Assembly (NCBI GenBank): GCA_938091905.1
Contig: CALKOM010000084.1
Coordinates: 1-64,000 of the forward strand
Length of the DNA: 64,000 nucleotides
Direction: 5' to 3'
Origin: an uncultured Verrucomicrobiales bacterium
GTDB lineage: Bacteria > Verrucomicrobiota > Verrucomicrobiia > Verrucomicrobiales > DEV007
Numbering within the stretch: position 1 is the stretch's first letter; each line of letters begins with the position of its first letter. Shown here piece after piece: positions 39,900 to 49,238 of this stretch. The notes under the pieces are model-generated. The model worked only from the letters and a program-made list of their open reading frames with translations, made no database searches and was not told the DNA's origin. A program made the position numbers and the translations under genes.

Positions 39900-41402
39900 C
39901 TACAACCAGCCACCCGCGTTCAACTCACGGGTCAGTTTCATCTGTCGGTCACGCTGCTCCGCGTAGGCCGCTTGGGCTTCAGGATGAGGCTCACATCGCG
40001 ATGCCTGATCGACGGCAACAATCCGGCTGGTGAGACTCTCCAAACCAGACCTATCAAATTTACCACCACCGGTATGGCAGGCCGCCGCTTGGAGAGCCGC
40101 CCCAAGGCTGGCCCCCTCCGCCGTCTGCAAACAAACCGTGGCCGAGCCCAACGCATCCGCCATGATCTGACGCCACACCGAACTCTTACTGCCGCCACCC
40201 GTGAGACGAATTTCCGTCGGGCTGACACCGAGATCACTGAATCGCTGCATGCCATGACCCAAGCCTAACGTCACCCCTTCCATCGCGGCTCGCGCCATGT
40301 GGGCCGGCGTCATGTTCTCATCCGTTAGGCCATAGAGCACGGCCTTACCGTCAGGTAGATTCGGCGTGCGTTCGCCATGCAAGTAAGGCAAGAAGAGCAA
40401 CCCATCAGCACCCGGGGAGATGCTCGCCACGTTCTTCTCGAGCTCGGGCAATTCCCAAGCAAAGAGACCGCGCGTCTTCTCTGTGAGAACGGTGACATTC
40501 ATCGTGCAAACAAGCGGCATCCACTGATCAGTACTATCACAGAAAGCAGCGATCTCCCCCTGGTCGTCAATCACTGGCGCATCCGCCGATCCAAAGAGCG
40601 TCCCTGACGTGCCCAGACTCGCCGTGATGACACCCGCGCGGACATTTCCCGTCCCAATGGCTCCCATCATGTTGTCCCCGCCACCTGCACTGACAATCAC
40701 CTCATTGGTTAGGCCCCACTCTTTGGCCAGGGAAGGCTTGAGCGTCCCGTGCGCTTCACTGGAAGAACCCAGTGGAGGCAACATCTCGCGTAGACGCGGG
40801 TCAATGTGATCAATCAATTCATCAGACCAGACGCGCTTGCGCACATCCAAGATCGCCATGCCCGACGCGTCGCCGTATTCCATGCGCTTCACATCGGTGA
40901 GCCAGAAATTCAGATAGTCGTGAGGGAGCAGCACGCTCTTCGTCTTGGCAAAGTTGTCCGGCTCATTCTCTTTCAACCACAGGATCTTCGGCGCGGTGTA
41001 GCCAGGCAGCATCGCATTCCCCGCCTTCGCAATGATCGCTTCTTGTCCACCAAAGTGCGTCGCCATGGCATCGCACTGCCGCGCCGTCGACGTGTCACAC
41101 CAAAGCTTGGCCGCACGCACTGGGAGATCAGCCTCATCAAGCACGACGAGTCCATGCTGCTGCCCACTCACCCCGATGCCACGCACCTCTTGTTTCCGAT
41201 CCCCAAGTTGGAACAGCACGCTCTGCACGGTCTTTGCCGTCGCCTCTGTCCAGTCACTCGGGTGCTGCTCGAGATGCCCATTGGGCAGACCATCAATCAG
41301 GCTGTAGGTTTCCTGCGCCTGCGCGAGAATGTCGCCGGAGTCAAGATCCAGAGCGATGGTCTTGGTGCTCTGGGTGCCACTGTCGATGCCAAGGTAGATC
41401 AT
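39900..41402 (-). CDS. xylB: Xylulokinase
   Basis: LGIDSGTQS, SGQQHG, AKLWCD, GGGDNMMGA.G, LGTSGT, GERTP; start moved to ATG 41402. Confidence 0.9.
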   Translation of the reverse strand: MIYLGIDSGTQSTKTIALDLDSGDILAQAQETYSLIDGLPNGHLEQHPSDWTEATAKTVQSVLFQLGDRKQEVRGIGVSGQQHGLVVLDEADLPVRAAKLWCDTSTARQCDAMATHFGGQEAIIAKAGNAMLPGYTAPKILWLKENEPDNFAKTKSVLLPHDYLNFWLTDVKRMEYGDASGMAILDVRKRVWSDELIDHIDPRLREMLPPLGSSSEAHGTLKPSLAKEWGLTNEVIVSAGGGDNMMGAIGTGNVRAGVITASLGTSGTLFGSADAPVIDDQGEIAAFCDSTDQWMPLVCTMNVTVLTEKTRGLFAWELPELEKNVASISPGADGLLFLPYLHGERTPNLPDGKAVLYGLTDENMTPAHMARAAMEGVTLGLGHGMQRFSDLGVSPTEIRLTGGGSKSSVWRQIMADALGSATVCLQTAEGASLGAALQAAACHTGGGKFDRSGLESLTSRIVAVDQASRCEPHPEAQAAYAEQRDRQMKLTRELNAGGWL

Positions 41403-41488
41403 ATCACCGTTCTCAACGTTCCGCCTGAATTCTGCAAGTCGGACTTGCGTCGAAGCCACGCGGGCGCTCATGATCGCCCCATAAACTT

Positions 41489-41866
41489 ATGATTCGGAAA
41501 CTCCTCCACACACGCTACCGGGTCGCCGATCTGGACAAGACCATCGCGTTCTACAAAGACGTCCTCGGGCTCGAGGAGACTCGACGCCACGAAAGCCCTC
41601 GCGGCTCGAAGCTCGTCTTTCTCAAGGCTCCGGAGAGTGAAGAACTCATCGAAATCTGCCAATACGACGGCAGCGGCCCCGTGGAAGTGGGTCATGATCT
41701 CACCCACTTGGCATTCTCCGTGGACGATATGGACGCCTTCGCCAAACACGCAGAATCCAAGGGTTATCCCCTATCAGACGGCCCCACCCAGAGCAAATCA
41801 GGTATCTTTGCCTTCATCGACGCCCCAGAAGGCTACGAAATCGAGCTGATCCAGCACGGTTCTTGA
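41489..41866 (+). CDS. VOC family protein (lactoylglutathione lyase-like)
   Basis: LLHTRYRV.DL.....FY..VLG, HLAFSV, FIDAPEGYEIELI. Confidence 0.88.
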   Translation: MIRKLLHTRYRVADLDKTIAFYKDVLGLEETRRHESPRGSKLVFLKAPESEELIEICQYDGSGPVEVGHDLTHLAFSVDDMDAFAKHAESKGYPLSDGPTQSKSGIFAFIDAPEGYEIELIQHGS

Positions 41867-41907
41867 GTTGCTTTCATCGGCACTCGCCCTTTCTATAAAC
41901 CGACGGC

Positions 41908-42189
41908 ATGGAATTCGACTGGATAGACGTTTACTTCGACCTCAAAAAGGTCATCCCGAAGGAGATTGAAGAGTCTTTCGAAGACCCCTTTGCTATCAAG
42001 TTGCTCCCAGACGGCGACTACGGGAATGGCAAAGAGGCCCGTTATTTCTGCCTTGGCAAGACCATTCAGAACCGACCGCTCTTCAGCGTCTTCTGGACAA
42101 ATGGCAAACAGTTCCGCGTCGTGCTCGCCCGCGAGATGTCTGAGGACGAGCAGAACTTTTACGAACGCAAGAACGCTAGCCTAGACTAA
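41908..42189 (+). CDS. BrnT family toxin
   Basis: MEFDW start, E....F.DP, E.RY..LG, R...AR.M...E...Y. Confidence 0.78.
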   Translation: MEFDWIDVYFDLKKVIPKEIEESFEDPFAIKLLPDGDYGNGKEARYFCLGKTIQNRPLFSVFWTNGKQFRVVLAREMSEDEQNFYERKNASLD

Positions 42190-42199
42190 CTCATTTGCT

Positions 42200-42475
42200 A
42201 TGGCCGCCATGAAAACCGTCGCAAACTGGGAACAGATTCCCAAGTTCAAGAGCAAGAAAGAAGAAGCCACCTTCTGGGAAGTGCATCAGTTAGATCCACG
42301 TCTCATGAATTCCTCGGTGCATCGACCCGACAACCGCGAGTCGACCACGATCACGTTGCGCTTCGATCCCAGGATGCTTGCCCGTATCAAGCGCATTGCC
42401 CGCTCCCGCTACCTCAACTATCAGAGCATGATCAAGCAATGGTTGAGCGAGCGCCTGGAGCAGGAGAACTTGTAG
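42200..42475 (+). CDS. CopG/BrnA-type antitoxin (ribbon-helix-helix)
   Basis: IPKFKS..EEA.FW..H, ITLRF......IK..A......YQ..IK.WL.E.L; starts 10 nt after the toxin. Confidence 0.8.
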   Translation: MAAMKTVANWEQIPKFKSKKEEATFWEVHQLDPRLMNSSVHRPDNRESTTITLRFDPRMLARIKRIARSRYLNYQSMIKQWLSERLEQENL

Positions 42476-42550
42476 AGCGACGAAGGACATGGACAATCTC
42501 AATAGAAGTGATGGAGACAGCAGACCTCATTGGTCCCGGCGAGAATGCTT

Positions 42551-42975
42551 TCAAGGTAATTGGCTCACCCTGAGGCGATAAAAGTGCTTCCCTGACTCTT
42601 GATCTTCCTGAAGATGAAGAGTCAGCAACTCGGGACACCCTCTATTTTGAAATCCTTTCCCGTCTGGCTGTCAAATTGATAGACCGATTCGCAGCCCTTT
42701 AGGTCCTCACTCCGTTCAATTGTCCAAAGCAAATCCGCCAGTTTTTGGCTGAAACCCAAACGAGTAAATGAGGTCTCCTTCTTCTGTTAGGCTGCTCTGC
42801 GGATACTCTTCTGAAGTATTTGAGAGCATTCCGTCGGCACGTAAGGCAAATTCCAAACCGTTTGGGATACCATCATGATCGGCGTCGGATTTAAAGCTAC
42901 GACCACCGGCATCGGAAGGCTGTTGCGCTGCCCGTGACGCATAGCTCTTTGCCGGGAGCGTCCTATCGTCTACTC
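42551..42975 (-). pseudogene. Frameshifted C-terminal remnant of a large secreted protein
   Basis: Manual translation: SYASRAA..DADHDGIPNGLEFAL..YPQ / LLWTIERSEDLKG / ..KHFYRLRVSQLP*; two frame changes and no 5' part. Confidence 0.65.
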
Positions 42976-43103
42976 TGCTGACATTGGACTAAGAATCTTG
43001 AGAACTCCAGCTCTACATGACTTCTGCGTGGACTGGACTGCAGTGAGGCTTTAATACAGACAGGCTATTCCAAGCTCGGGTGCCAACACTAATCTAATGA
43101 TGA

Positions 43104-43925
43104 ATGGAAATTGATCGGATAGTCACTTCTCGCAGTCTGTTAGAAAGCCTCGTGCATGGCCCCCTTCTTGTAACGGATCTACCAGAAGCTCAGACGCTTG
43201 GAACGAACGGACTAGCACTTCCTGTGGCTCCGTCGACGCTCAATCTTCAACAGAAATTGGGGCATCTCTATGAGGACGCTCTATCAGTCCTGCTAAGAGC
43301 TTCGCCAACCTTTGATGTGCTCGAAGAGAATCTTCAAATACAGGAAGACGCGCACACAACAGTGGGAGAATTAGATTTCCTTCTTCGCAAGCGAGAAGGT
43401 GGACAGCTCATTCATCTTGAATTGGCGACCAAATTCTACCTCGCTGCGGAAACGGGGAACGGTATCATTCTTCCTGGACCGGACGCGCGGGACAACTACT
43501 ACAGAAAGCTCAGGCGGCTACGCGAGCATCAGCTTGTGCTCACACGCACGCATCAACATTGTCTCCCTGAACGGTATCGAGAGGAAGCGATCATCGTGAA
43601 ACAACTCATCTATGGTTGTTTCTTCGATCATGTTAGCGCCAGCAAGCAAGCCTCGCCTGACTTCGCAAACCGACATTGCCGACGTGGGCGTTGGTTGCAT
43701 GCGCATGAGTGTGTCGACTACTTTTCACCGGGCACCCGCTTAGAGATTATTCCTAAACCGTTATGGCCTGTGCCACTAAAACTTCTCCAAGGTATCAAGC
43801 TGGAACGTTGGTCCCATGAGCAACCGGTCGATCGCTGCTTGATGGTTCGCGTTGCTAAAGAACGCACACCATATTTCATTGCGCCTTCTGGCTATCCTGG
43901 AACTGGAACTGGAACTGGAACTTGA
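43104..43925 (+). CDS. DUF1853 family protein (PD-(D/E)xK nuclease-like fold)
   Basis: KLGHLYE, NLQI....T.GELDFL, HLELATKFYL, GPDARD....KL..L..HQL. Confidence 0.85.
   Translation: MEIDRIVTSRSLLESLVHGPLLVTDLPEAQTLGTNGLALPVAPSTLNLQQKLGHLYEDALSVLLRASPTFDVLEENLQIQEDAHTTVGELDFLLRKREGGQLIHLELATKFYLAAETGNGIILPGPDARDNYYRKLRRLREHQLVLTRTHQHCLPERYREEAIIVKQLIYGCFFDHVSASKQASPDFANRHCRRGRWLHAHECVDYFSPGTRLEIIPKPLWPVPLKLLQGIKLERWSHEQPVDRCLMVRVAKERTPYFIAPSGYPGTGTGTGT
43899..43922 (+). repeat. Hexamer tandem repeat (GGAACT)x4
   Basis: Read directly; encodes the terminal GTGTGTGT. Confidence 0.9.
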
Positions 43926-44059
43926 GCTAGAAGCTCAAGCTACCCTACCTTCTTGTGCCTAGCGAAGGTGGCAACTGACGGCCGCTTGGTAAAAGACGGC
44001 TCGCAGAATAAAGGGCAAGAATGTCTTCCCTACAGCCCCACGAACTGCTGGTCATCCCC

Positions 44060-44102
44060 ACACAAAGAAGCCCGTTCTCACATTAGCAGGAACAGGCTTC
44101 TT
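44060..44102 (-). terminator. Likely terminator after greA
   Basis: Minus strand AAGAAGCCTGTTC...GAACGGGCTTCTT followed by TGTGT. Confidence 0.65.
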
Positions 44103-44121
44103 GATAGAGTTGCTAACTCGA

Positions 44122-45966
44122 CTACTTCGCGTAGGCCCCGATCTTCTCGATCTTGACCGTGCGGGATGGACCGTCGCCGTCCGCGTGAATCTCGACTTCG
44201 TCCCCTTCTTTGTGGCCTGAGAGGGCTTTGCCAGTAGCGGAGAGGTAAGAGATGATTCCTTGATCAAGGTCCGTATCCCACGCTCCGAGGATGGAGTAGG
44301 TTTCGCTCTTGCTCGAGCCTTCCTTGATGGTGACCACAGTGCCGACACCTACCTTAGACGCATCTGCGTCGGCAAAGTCCGTGCCACGGGCCGCGTTGAT
44401 CTCCATTTCAAGATCATCCTTCTGCCGCATGAGCACCGCTTGCTGATCCTTTGCAGCTTTGAACTCGAAGTTCTCCCGGAGGTCACCATAGGAAGCCGCG
44501 ACAGAAATCTCTTTCGTGTTCTCTGGAATCTTGTTCTTAATGATGTCCTCAAGCTGGGCTTTGCGCTTCTCAATGCTGTCCCAGGAAACGATGAGGCCTT
44601 CATCTAAGATCTCATCATCACCGGCTTCGCCCGTGACCATTTGCTGGATGTCCGGATGGGCCTTAATGACCCGTGCGAGCAGAGAGTTCCGGCTGAGATC
44701 TTCGATCGCCGGCGTGTTCTTGAGGCGCCGGGCAAACATTCGAATCTGATTTCGGCTAGCTTCTTCTAGCAAATCACTCACGAGCAGGGAGTCGGCCATG
44801 AGGATGTCTTGTAGCTTATTTGATTTCTTGGCGTCGTCGTCGTAATGATCGCGCTCTAGGGCATTGATAGCGGCAGACGCGAGCTCGGGACCAAAGACCG
44901 ACTCAGCAAGACGACGGCGTTCCTTACAGATCCATGCGAGCACTTCCGTGCTCAAAGACCGCTGCTGAATGCCGAGTTTGAGGAAATCTTCTAGCTCCTG
45001 GCCTTTCTCTCGATCAATCGCTAGCCGAGCTACGTCTCCCACACCCCTGAGGTTGACCACATTGATAAGACCAAAGAGAACCTCAGACCAACGGTCGCCA
45101 AAGGCGGGTTCGAATGCCTCGTAAATTCGACGCTGTCCTGCAGCAGGCAGTTGCCCAATGATGTCGCGGAGATTGCTCTCGTTCTCGATGACGATCTCGC
45201 TGATCGCGGGCTTATCGAGGCCCTCTGCGAGATCAGGAACGGCTTCTTGAAGACGCTCGCGAGCGGCAATCAGTTCGATCGCCGCAGCGGTCTGGAGACG
45301 TTGACTCTTGCTCGCAGCTTCGTTGATCGATTCGACAACGGGCCTGAGTTTGTCGACCGCGTTCTCGATTTGCTCCAAGTCCTTCACGATCGCATCCACC
45401 GCCGCGACCTTGGCCTTGAGCTCTCGGGCATTGTTAAAGTCTTCGAGGAGGCCGTCCTCGATGTTTAGGTCACTGGGGCGAAGCTCCAAGGGCACGTTGC
45501 GCTTGGATGGCACGACAAAGAGGCGATTCTGACGCATCTTCTTCTTCGCGTTGTCCCACCAGGTTCGGTATTTCTCATCAGAAACGACGGTTCCTTTGAG
45601 CACCTCCTCCACCTGATCGAGGAGCATGCTATTGTTGTAACAGGACACGACCTCCTGCATCAGAGTCACTGGATCATCGACGGCCAGTTGCTGGAGCTCT
45701 TCCAACTTTTCCAGGCGCTTTGCAAGAATATGGTCTTCGCTAATCGGCTTGAGAGATTTCGCGGCAAACTCCAATTTCATGCCGTGATTCGGCTTCCCCT
45801 CAAAATCCAGATAGATGCGATCTCCGAGAAGATCCCATGACGCGACTTTACCAACCCCCCAGCTCTTATGGAGACAATACACACCAACGTCGAGGGCGGA
45901 GAGGGCATCTCCGTAGCGACCTTGCAACTTACCTGAATCTACGAGTTTCTGAACTTCCTCATTCAT
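44122..45966 (-). CDS. greA: Long-form transcription elongation factor GreA
   Basis: C-terminal IPEN.KEI..A..YGDLRENFEFKAAK, YSILGAWD, ISYLS..G.AL; ~455-aa N-terminal extension starting H.SWGVG. Confidence 0.9.
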   Translation of the reverse strand: MNEEVQKLVDSGKLQGRYGDALSALDVGVYCLHKSWGVGKVASWDLLGDRIYLDFEGKPNHGMKLEFAAKSLKPISEDHILAKRLEKLEELQQLAVDDPVTLMQEVVSCYNNSMLLDQVEEVLKGTVVSDEKYRTWWDNAKKKMRQNRLFVVPSKRNVPLELRPSDLNIEDGLLEDFNNARELKAKVAAVDAIVKDLEQIENAVDKLRPVVESINEAASKSQRLQTAAAIELIAARERLQEAVPDLAEGLDKPAISEIVIENESNLRDIIGQLPAAGQRRIYEAFEPAFGDRWSEVLFGLINVVNLRGVGDVARLAIDREKGQELEDFLKLGIQQRSLSTEVLAWICKERRRLAESVFGPELASAAINALERDHYDDDAKKSNKLQDILMADSLLVSDLLEEASRNQIRMFARRLKNTPAIEDLSRNSLLARVIKAHPDIQQMVTGEAGDDEILDEGLIVSWDSIEKRKAQLEDIIKNKIPENTKEISVAASYGDLRENFEFKAAKDQQAVLMRQKDDLEMEINAARGTDFADADASKVGVGTVVTIKEGSSKSETYSILGAWDTDLDQGIISYLSATGKALSGHKEGDEVEIHADGDGPSRTVKIEKIGAYAK

Positions 45967-46094
45967 GAGAATCTACAAGTAAGTACCATGGGAAAACTTC
46001 GCCAACTCTTTTCCCAATCTTTCACGCAAATTCCTCACTTTAGACAACTTAGTGATTGCAAATCGAGCCGAAAGTAACCAATTTCACACCGTCT

Positions 46095-46508
46095 ATGATG
46101 AAAAAGTTTCTTTCCACGCTCCTCGCTCTTGGAATTGCAGGCACTTGCTTCGCTGATATTCAAGCTCCGCCTAACTCCGGCCAGACAGCTATCCACAAGC
46201 TGGGTCGTGGCTTTTCCAATGTCCTCTACGGTATCACCGAGCTTCCTTTGCGCGTGATCAACGTCAACGCAGCAGATGGCAATAGCGCTGGTTTCGGCGT
46301 TGGTTTGGTCGAAGGCACTCAACGCAGCATCACCCGAGTGGGTTATGGACTCTTCGAGATTCTGACGTTCCCGGCAAAGACCTACAAGCAGAGCTACAAA
46401 GCTCCTTATCAGGACATCGAGTATGATCCCTATAATGGCTACTCCGAGTTCTCTCCTGAGATCGGCTGGCAGTCCAAGTATGCCTACGGTCGCAAGCAAA
46501 ACTATTAA
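46095..46508 (+). CDS. Exosortase system-associated protein (TIGR04073-like)
   Basis: Signal peptide; KLGRGFSNVLYG..ELP, G...G.......R...G..EILTFP. Confidence 0.82.
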   Translation: MMKKFLSTLLALGIAGTCFADIQAPPNSGQTAIHKLGRGFSNVLYGITELPLRVINVNAADGNSAGFGVGLVEGTQRSITRVGYGLFEILTFPAKTYKQSYKAPYQDIEYDPYNGYSEFSPEIGWQSKYAYGRKQNY

Positions 46509-46533
46509 GCGAGTTCTCGCGTAAGCTTTACTG

Positions 46534-46574
46534 AAAACCCTGACGGACTCGGTTCCGTCAGGGTTTTTTATTTT
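46534..46574 (+). terminator. Rho-independent terminator
   Basis: AAAACCCTGACGGA-CTCGGT-TCCGTCAGGGTTTT followed by a T-rich tail. Confidence 0.92.
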
Positions 46575-46725
46575 ACGGTTCTGAAGATTCCCGGTTCCCC
46601 ACATCTACCCTTCCTGATCAGGGTTCTTGTGGAACGCTTCCAACCATGCTTAGGAGGCGTATCCACATAACACTCGAAGTCGCTCAACAATCGACGCCCG
46701 CTTCTCCCCGACCTACCTCATAACG

Positions 46726-47772
46726 ATGATGAATGCCCAGGACACGCTAGATCAGCACACACGCGAAACGATCCAACATCACTTCTCACCGGAAACCGGC
46801 AGCCCTTTCTGGCTGAAATGGGCTGCTGAAAACTGGGATCCAAGAACGGAGATCCAGTGCTTCGCTGATATCTCCAAGTTCCCACACTTCCAGGACGAAT
46901 GGTTACGCGACATTACGAATGAGGAATGGGTTCCCAAGGCGTTTGCAGGCCGCCCATTCAATGTTTTTGAAACGGGCGGTACAACCGGGTTGCCCAAACA
47001 GCGCGTCGGATGGGACGACTACAAACACGATTACGAGATGTTCTCAGATCAACTCGATGACGACGCGTTTCCCAAGGGTGGCAATTGGTTGATGGTCGGC
47101 CCGACCGGCCCGCGTCGCCTCCGGCTTGCGATTGAGCACCTCGCCGCTCATCGCGGTGGAAGTACCTACTTTGTCGACCTCGACCCTCGCTGGGTTAAGA
47201 AGCTGATCATACGAAAGGAATACGATCAAGCTGAGCGCTACCAGCGGCACGTGATGGACCAGGCGGTAGAGATTCTAAAGCATCGTGATATCAAGTGCCT
47301 CTTCACCACGCCGCGCCTTCTCGAATCTCTGGCCGAGCGGGTCTCGGTGCCAGGGGTCGGCGTGCGAGGCTGCTTCTGCGGCGGCACAACCATGACCCCA
47401 CAAATGGTCCGTTTCCTCGTGGAAGAGGTGCTCGAAAACAAGGCCCTCTTCGTTCCAACTTATGGAAACACGCTGATGGGCCTGGCTTGCAGCATTCCTC
47501 TAACGGACGACTACAGCGTCACCTACTACGCGCCACAGCCTCGTGCGGTCTTGCGCGTGGTCGATCCCGACGACACCCAGAATACCGTCGACTACGACAG
47601 CTACGGTCGCGTGGAACTAACGACCCTGACCAAAGAATTCTTTATGCCGCGCTTCCTTGAGCGAGACGAGGCCATTCGCCGAAAGCCGTGTAATCGCTAC
47701 GATTGGGATGGCGTAGGTGACGTTCGTCCGTTCGGCGTGATGGAGAACAAGGTCGTCGAAGGCGTCTACTAA
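46726..47772 (+). CDS. EhpF/LuxE/PaaK-like short adenylate-forming enzyme
   Basis: HF.PETGSPFW, FETGGTTGLPK P-loop, DLDPRWVKK, TYGNTLMG, ERDEA, C-terminal VEGVY; only 348 aa. Confidence 0.78.
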   Translation: MMNAQDTLDQHTRETIQHHFSPETGSPFWLKWAAENWDPRTEIQCFADISKFPHFQDEWLRDITNEEWVPKAFAGRPFNVFETGGTTGLPKQRVGWDDYKHDYEMFSDQLDDDAFPKGGNWLMVGPTGPRRLRLAIEHLAAHRGGSTYFVDLDPRWVKKLIIRKEYDQAERYQRHVMDQAVEILKHRDIKCLFTTPRLLESLAERVSVPGVGVRGCFCGGTTMTPQMVRFLVEEVLENKALFVPTYGNTLMGLACSIPLTDDYSVTYYAPQPRAVLRVVDPDDTQNTVDYDSYGRVELTTLTKEFFMPRFLERDEAIRRKPCNRYDWDGVGDVRPFGVMENKVVEGVY

Positions 47773-47789
47773 CCCTCATCTACAAAACA

Positions 47790-49238
47790 ATGCTTAAGAT
47801 TCCATCTATTCCCGTCCTGCGTAGCGGTGAGGTCTACCGCAGTTTAGAGCAACAGCCCATCAATGCGATCGGCACCGACCAGCCTGCGGCACTCATGTCC
47901 ATGGCCAATTCCGGCCTTGTAAAACGCGATCTCAATTTCGTCGGAAAGTCCCGAGACGTGCTCAAAAGCATTCCGGCGCATGACCTGATGCAGATGTGTG
48001 TCGATGCAGGAGATCATTTCCTCAAAGGCACCCTCCCTGTCGGTGAGCAAGAGTATCCTCAATCGCCTGACGACTACGTCAAGAGCCTCTCCGCGACAAG
48101 CGGATTGCCCCATGCGCTCATCCGCATGAACATGAACAAGCTCTACGAGATCTTTACAGAAATGCCGACCATCATACGCGGCCTGACCCGAGGCCTCGAT
48201 CTTGCCGTACTAGACAAGGGCTACGGTGAACAGCACGGCGTCCCAGTAAGCTACTCTGCCAACACCGACGCGCTCGCTGTCGTCCTACCAAGTAATTCAC
48301 CTGCGGTGAACGCGCTGTGGATGCCATCTCTGGTCATGAAGATTCCTGTGTTGCTCAAGCCGGGCCGCGAGGAGCCCTGGACACCCTGGCGTATCATGCA
48401 GAGCTTCATCAAGGCTGGCATGCCTAAGGAAGCATTCTCGTTCTATCCCACAGATCACGATGGCTCAGGTGCCATCGTTCGTCGTTCCGGCAGGGTAATG
48501 ATGTTCGGCGATGACAGCACGGTGAGTCAGCATGCCCTCGATCCGCGGGTTGAGGTGCATGGATCGGGCAAGAGCAAGATTATCTTTGGTGAGGACTGTA
48601 TTGATGATTGGGAAAAGTATCTCGACATCATGGTTGAATCCGTTTCCGCGAACAGCGGGCGTAGTTGCATCAACGCCTCTGCAATCCTCGTCCCACGTCA
48701 TGCCGACGCTATCGCTGAGGCCATTGCCAAACGCCTAACAGAGATCAAACCGCTACCCTTCGAAGATGCCAATGCGAAATTGTCAGGATTCGCGAATCCG
48801 AAGTTTGCCGAATACATCAATGGAGCAGTCGATGCCGGTCTTGCCGAGGGCGGTGCCCGCGATATCAACGAACCCCACCGCGGGCGTGAGCGTCATGAGA
48901 TCTTTCAAAACATGCACTACCTGCATCCCACCATCATCAGATGCGAGTCATGGGAGCATTCATTAGCAAATCGCGAGTTCCTCTTCCCATTCGCTTCCGT
49001 CACTGAAGTGGCGCAGGCAGACATGTTAGATTCCATTGGTTCATCGCTCGTCGTCACGGCGATCACCCAAGACCCCGTTTGGGTAGAGGAGTTGCTCGAA
49101 TGTCCACACATCGAGCGCTTGAACCTCGGTGCGTGGCCTACCAATCGAGTAAAGTGGGATCAGCCCCACGAAGGAAATCTGTTCGAGTTCCTCTATAAGA
49201 GACGGTCTATTCACATTGCGGCTCTAGCACATGTCTAG
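47790..49238 (+). CDS. Aldehyde dehydrogenase-fold protein (acyl-CoA reductase/LuxC/EhpG-like)
   Basis: LPSNSP, LKPGREEP, catalytic Cys in NSGRSCINAS, E.LFPF; HGSGKSK replaces ELGGK. Confidence 0.8.
   Translation: MLKIPSIPVLRSGEVYRSLEQQPINAIGTDQPAALMSMANSGLVKRDLNFVGKSRDVLKSIPAHDLMQMCVDAGDHFLKGTLPVGEQEYPQSPDDYVKSLSATSGLPHALIRMNMNKLYEIFTEMPTIIRGLTRGLDLAVLDKGYGEQHGVPVSYSANTDALAVVLPSNSPAVNALWMPSLVMKIPVLLKPGREEPWTPWRIMQSFIKAGMPKEAFSFYPTDHDGSGAIVRRSGRVMMFGDDSTVSQHALDPRVEVHGSGKSKIIFGEDCIDDWEKYLDIMVESVSANSGRSCINASAILVPRHADAIAEAIAKRLTEIKPLPFEDANAKLSGFANPKFAEYINGAVDAGLAEGGARDINEPHRGRERHEIFQNMHYLHPTIIRCESWEHSLANREFLFPFASVTEVAQADMLDSIGSSLVVTAITQDPVWVEELLECPHIERLNLGAWPTNRVKWDQPHEGNLFEFLYKRRSIHIAALAHV

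Noticed and set aside
42511..42702. Plus-strand ORF with in-frame TGA and a nearby hairpin (42592-42625) as a second Sec candidate
   Set aside because: No recognisable protein; the minus strand carries the coding relic, so the hairpin is probably incidental
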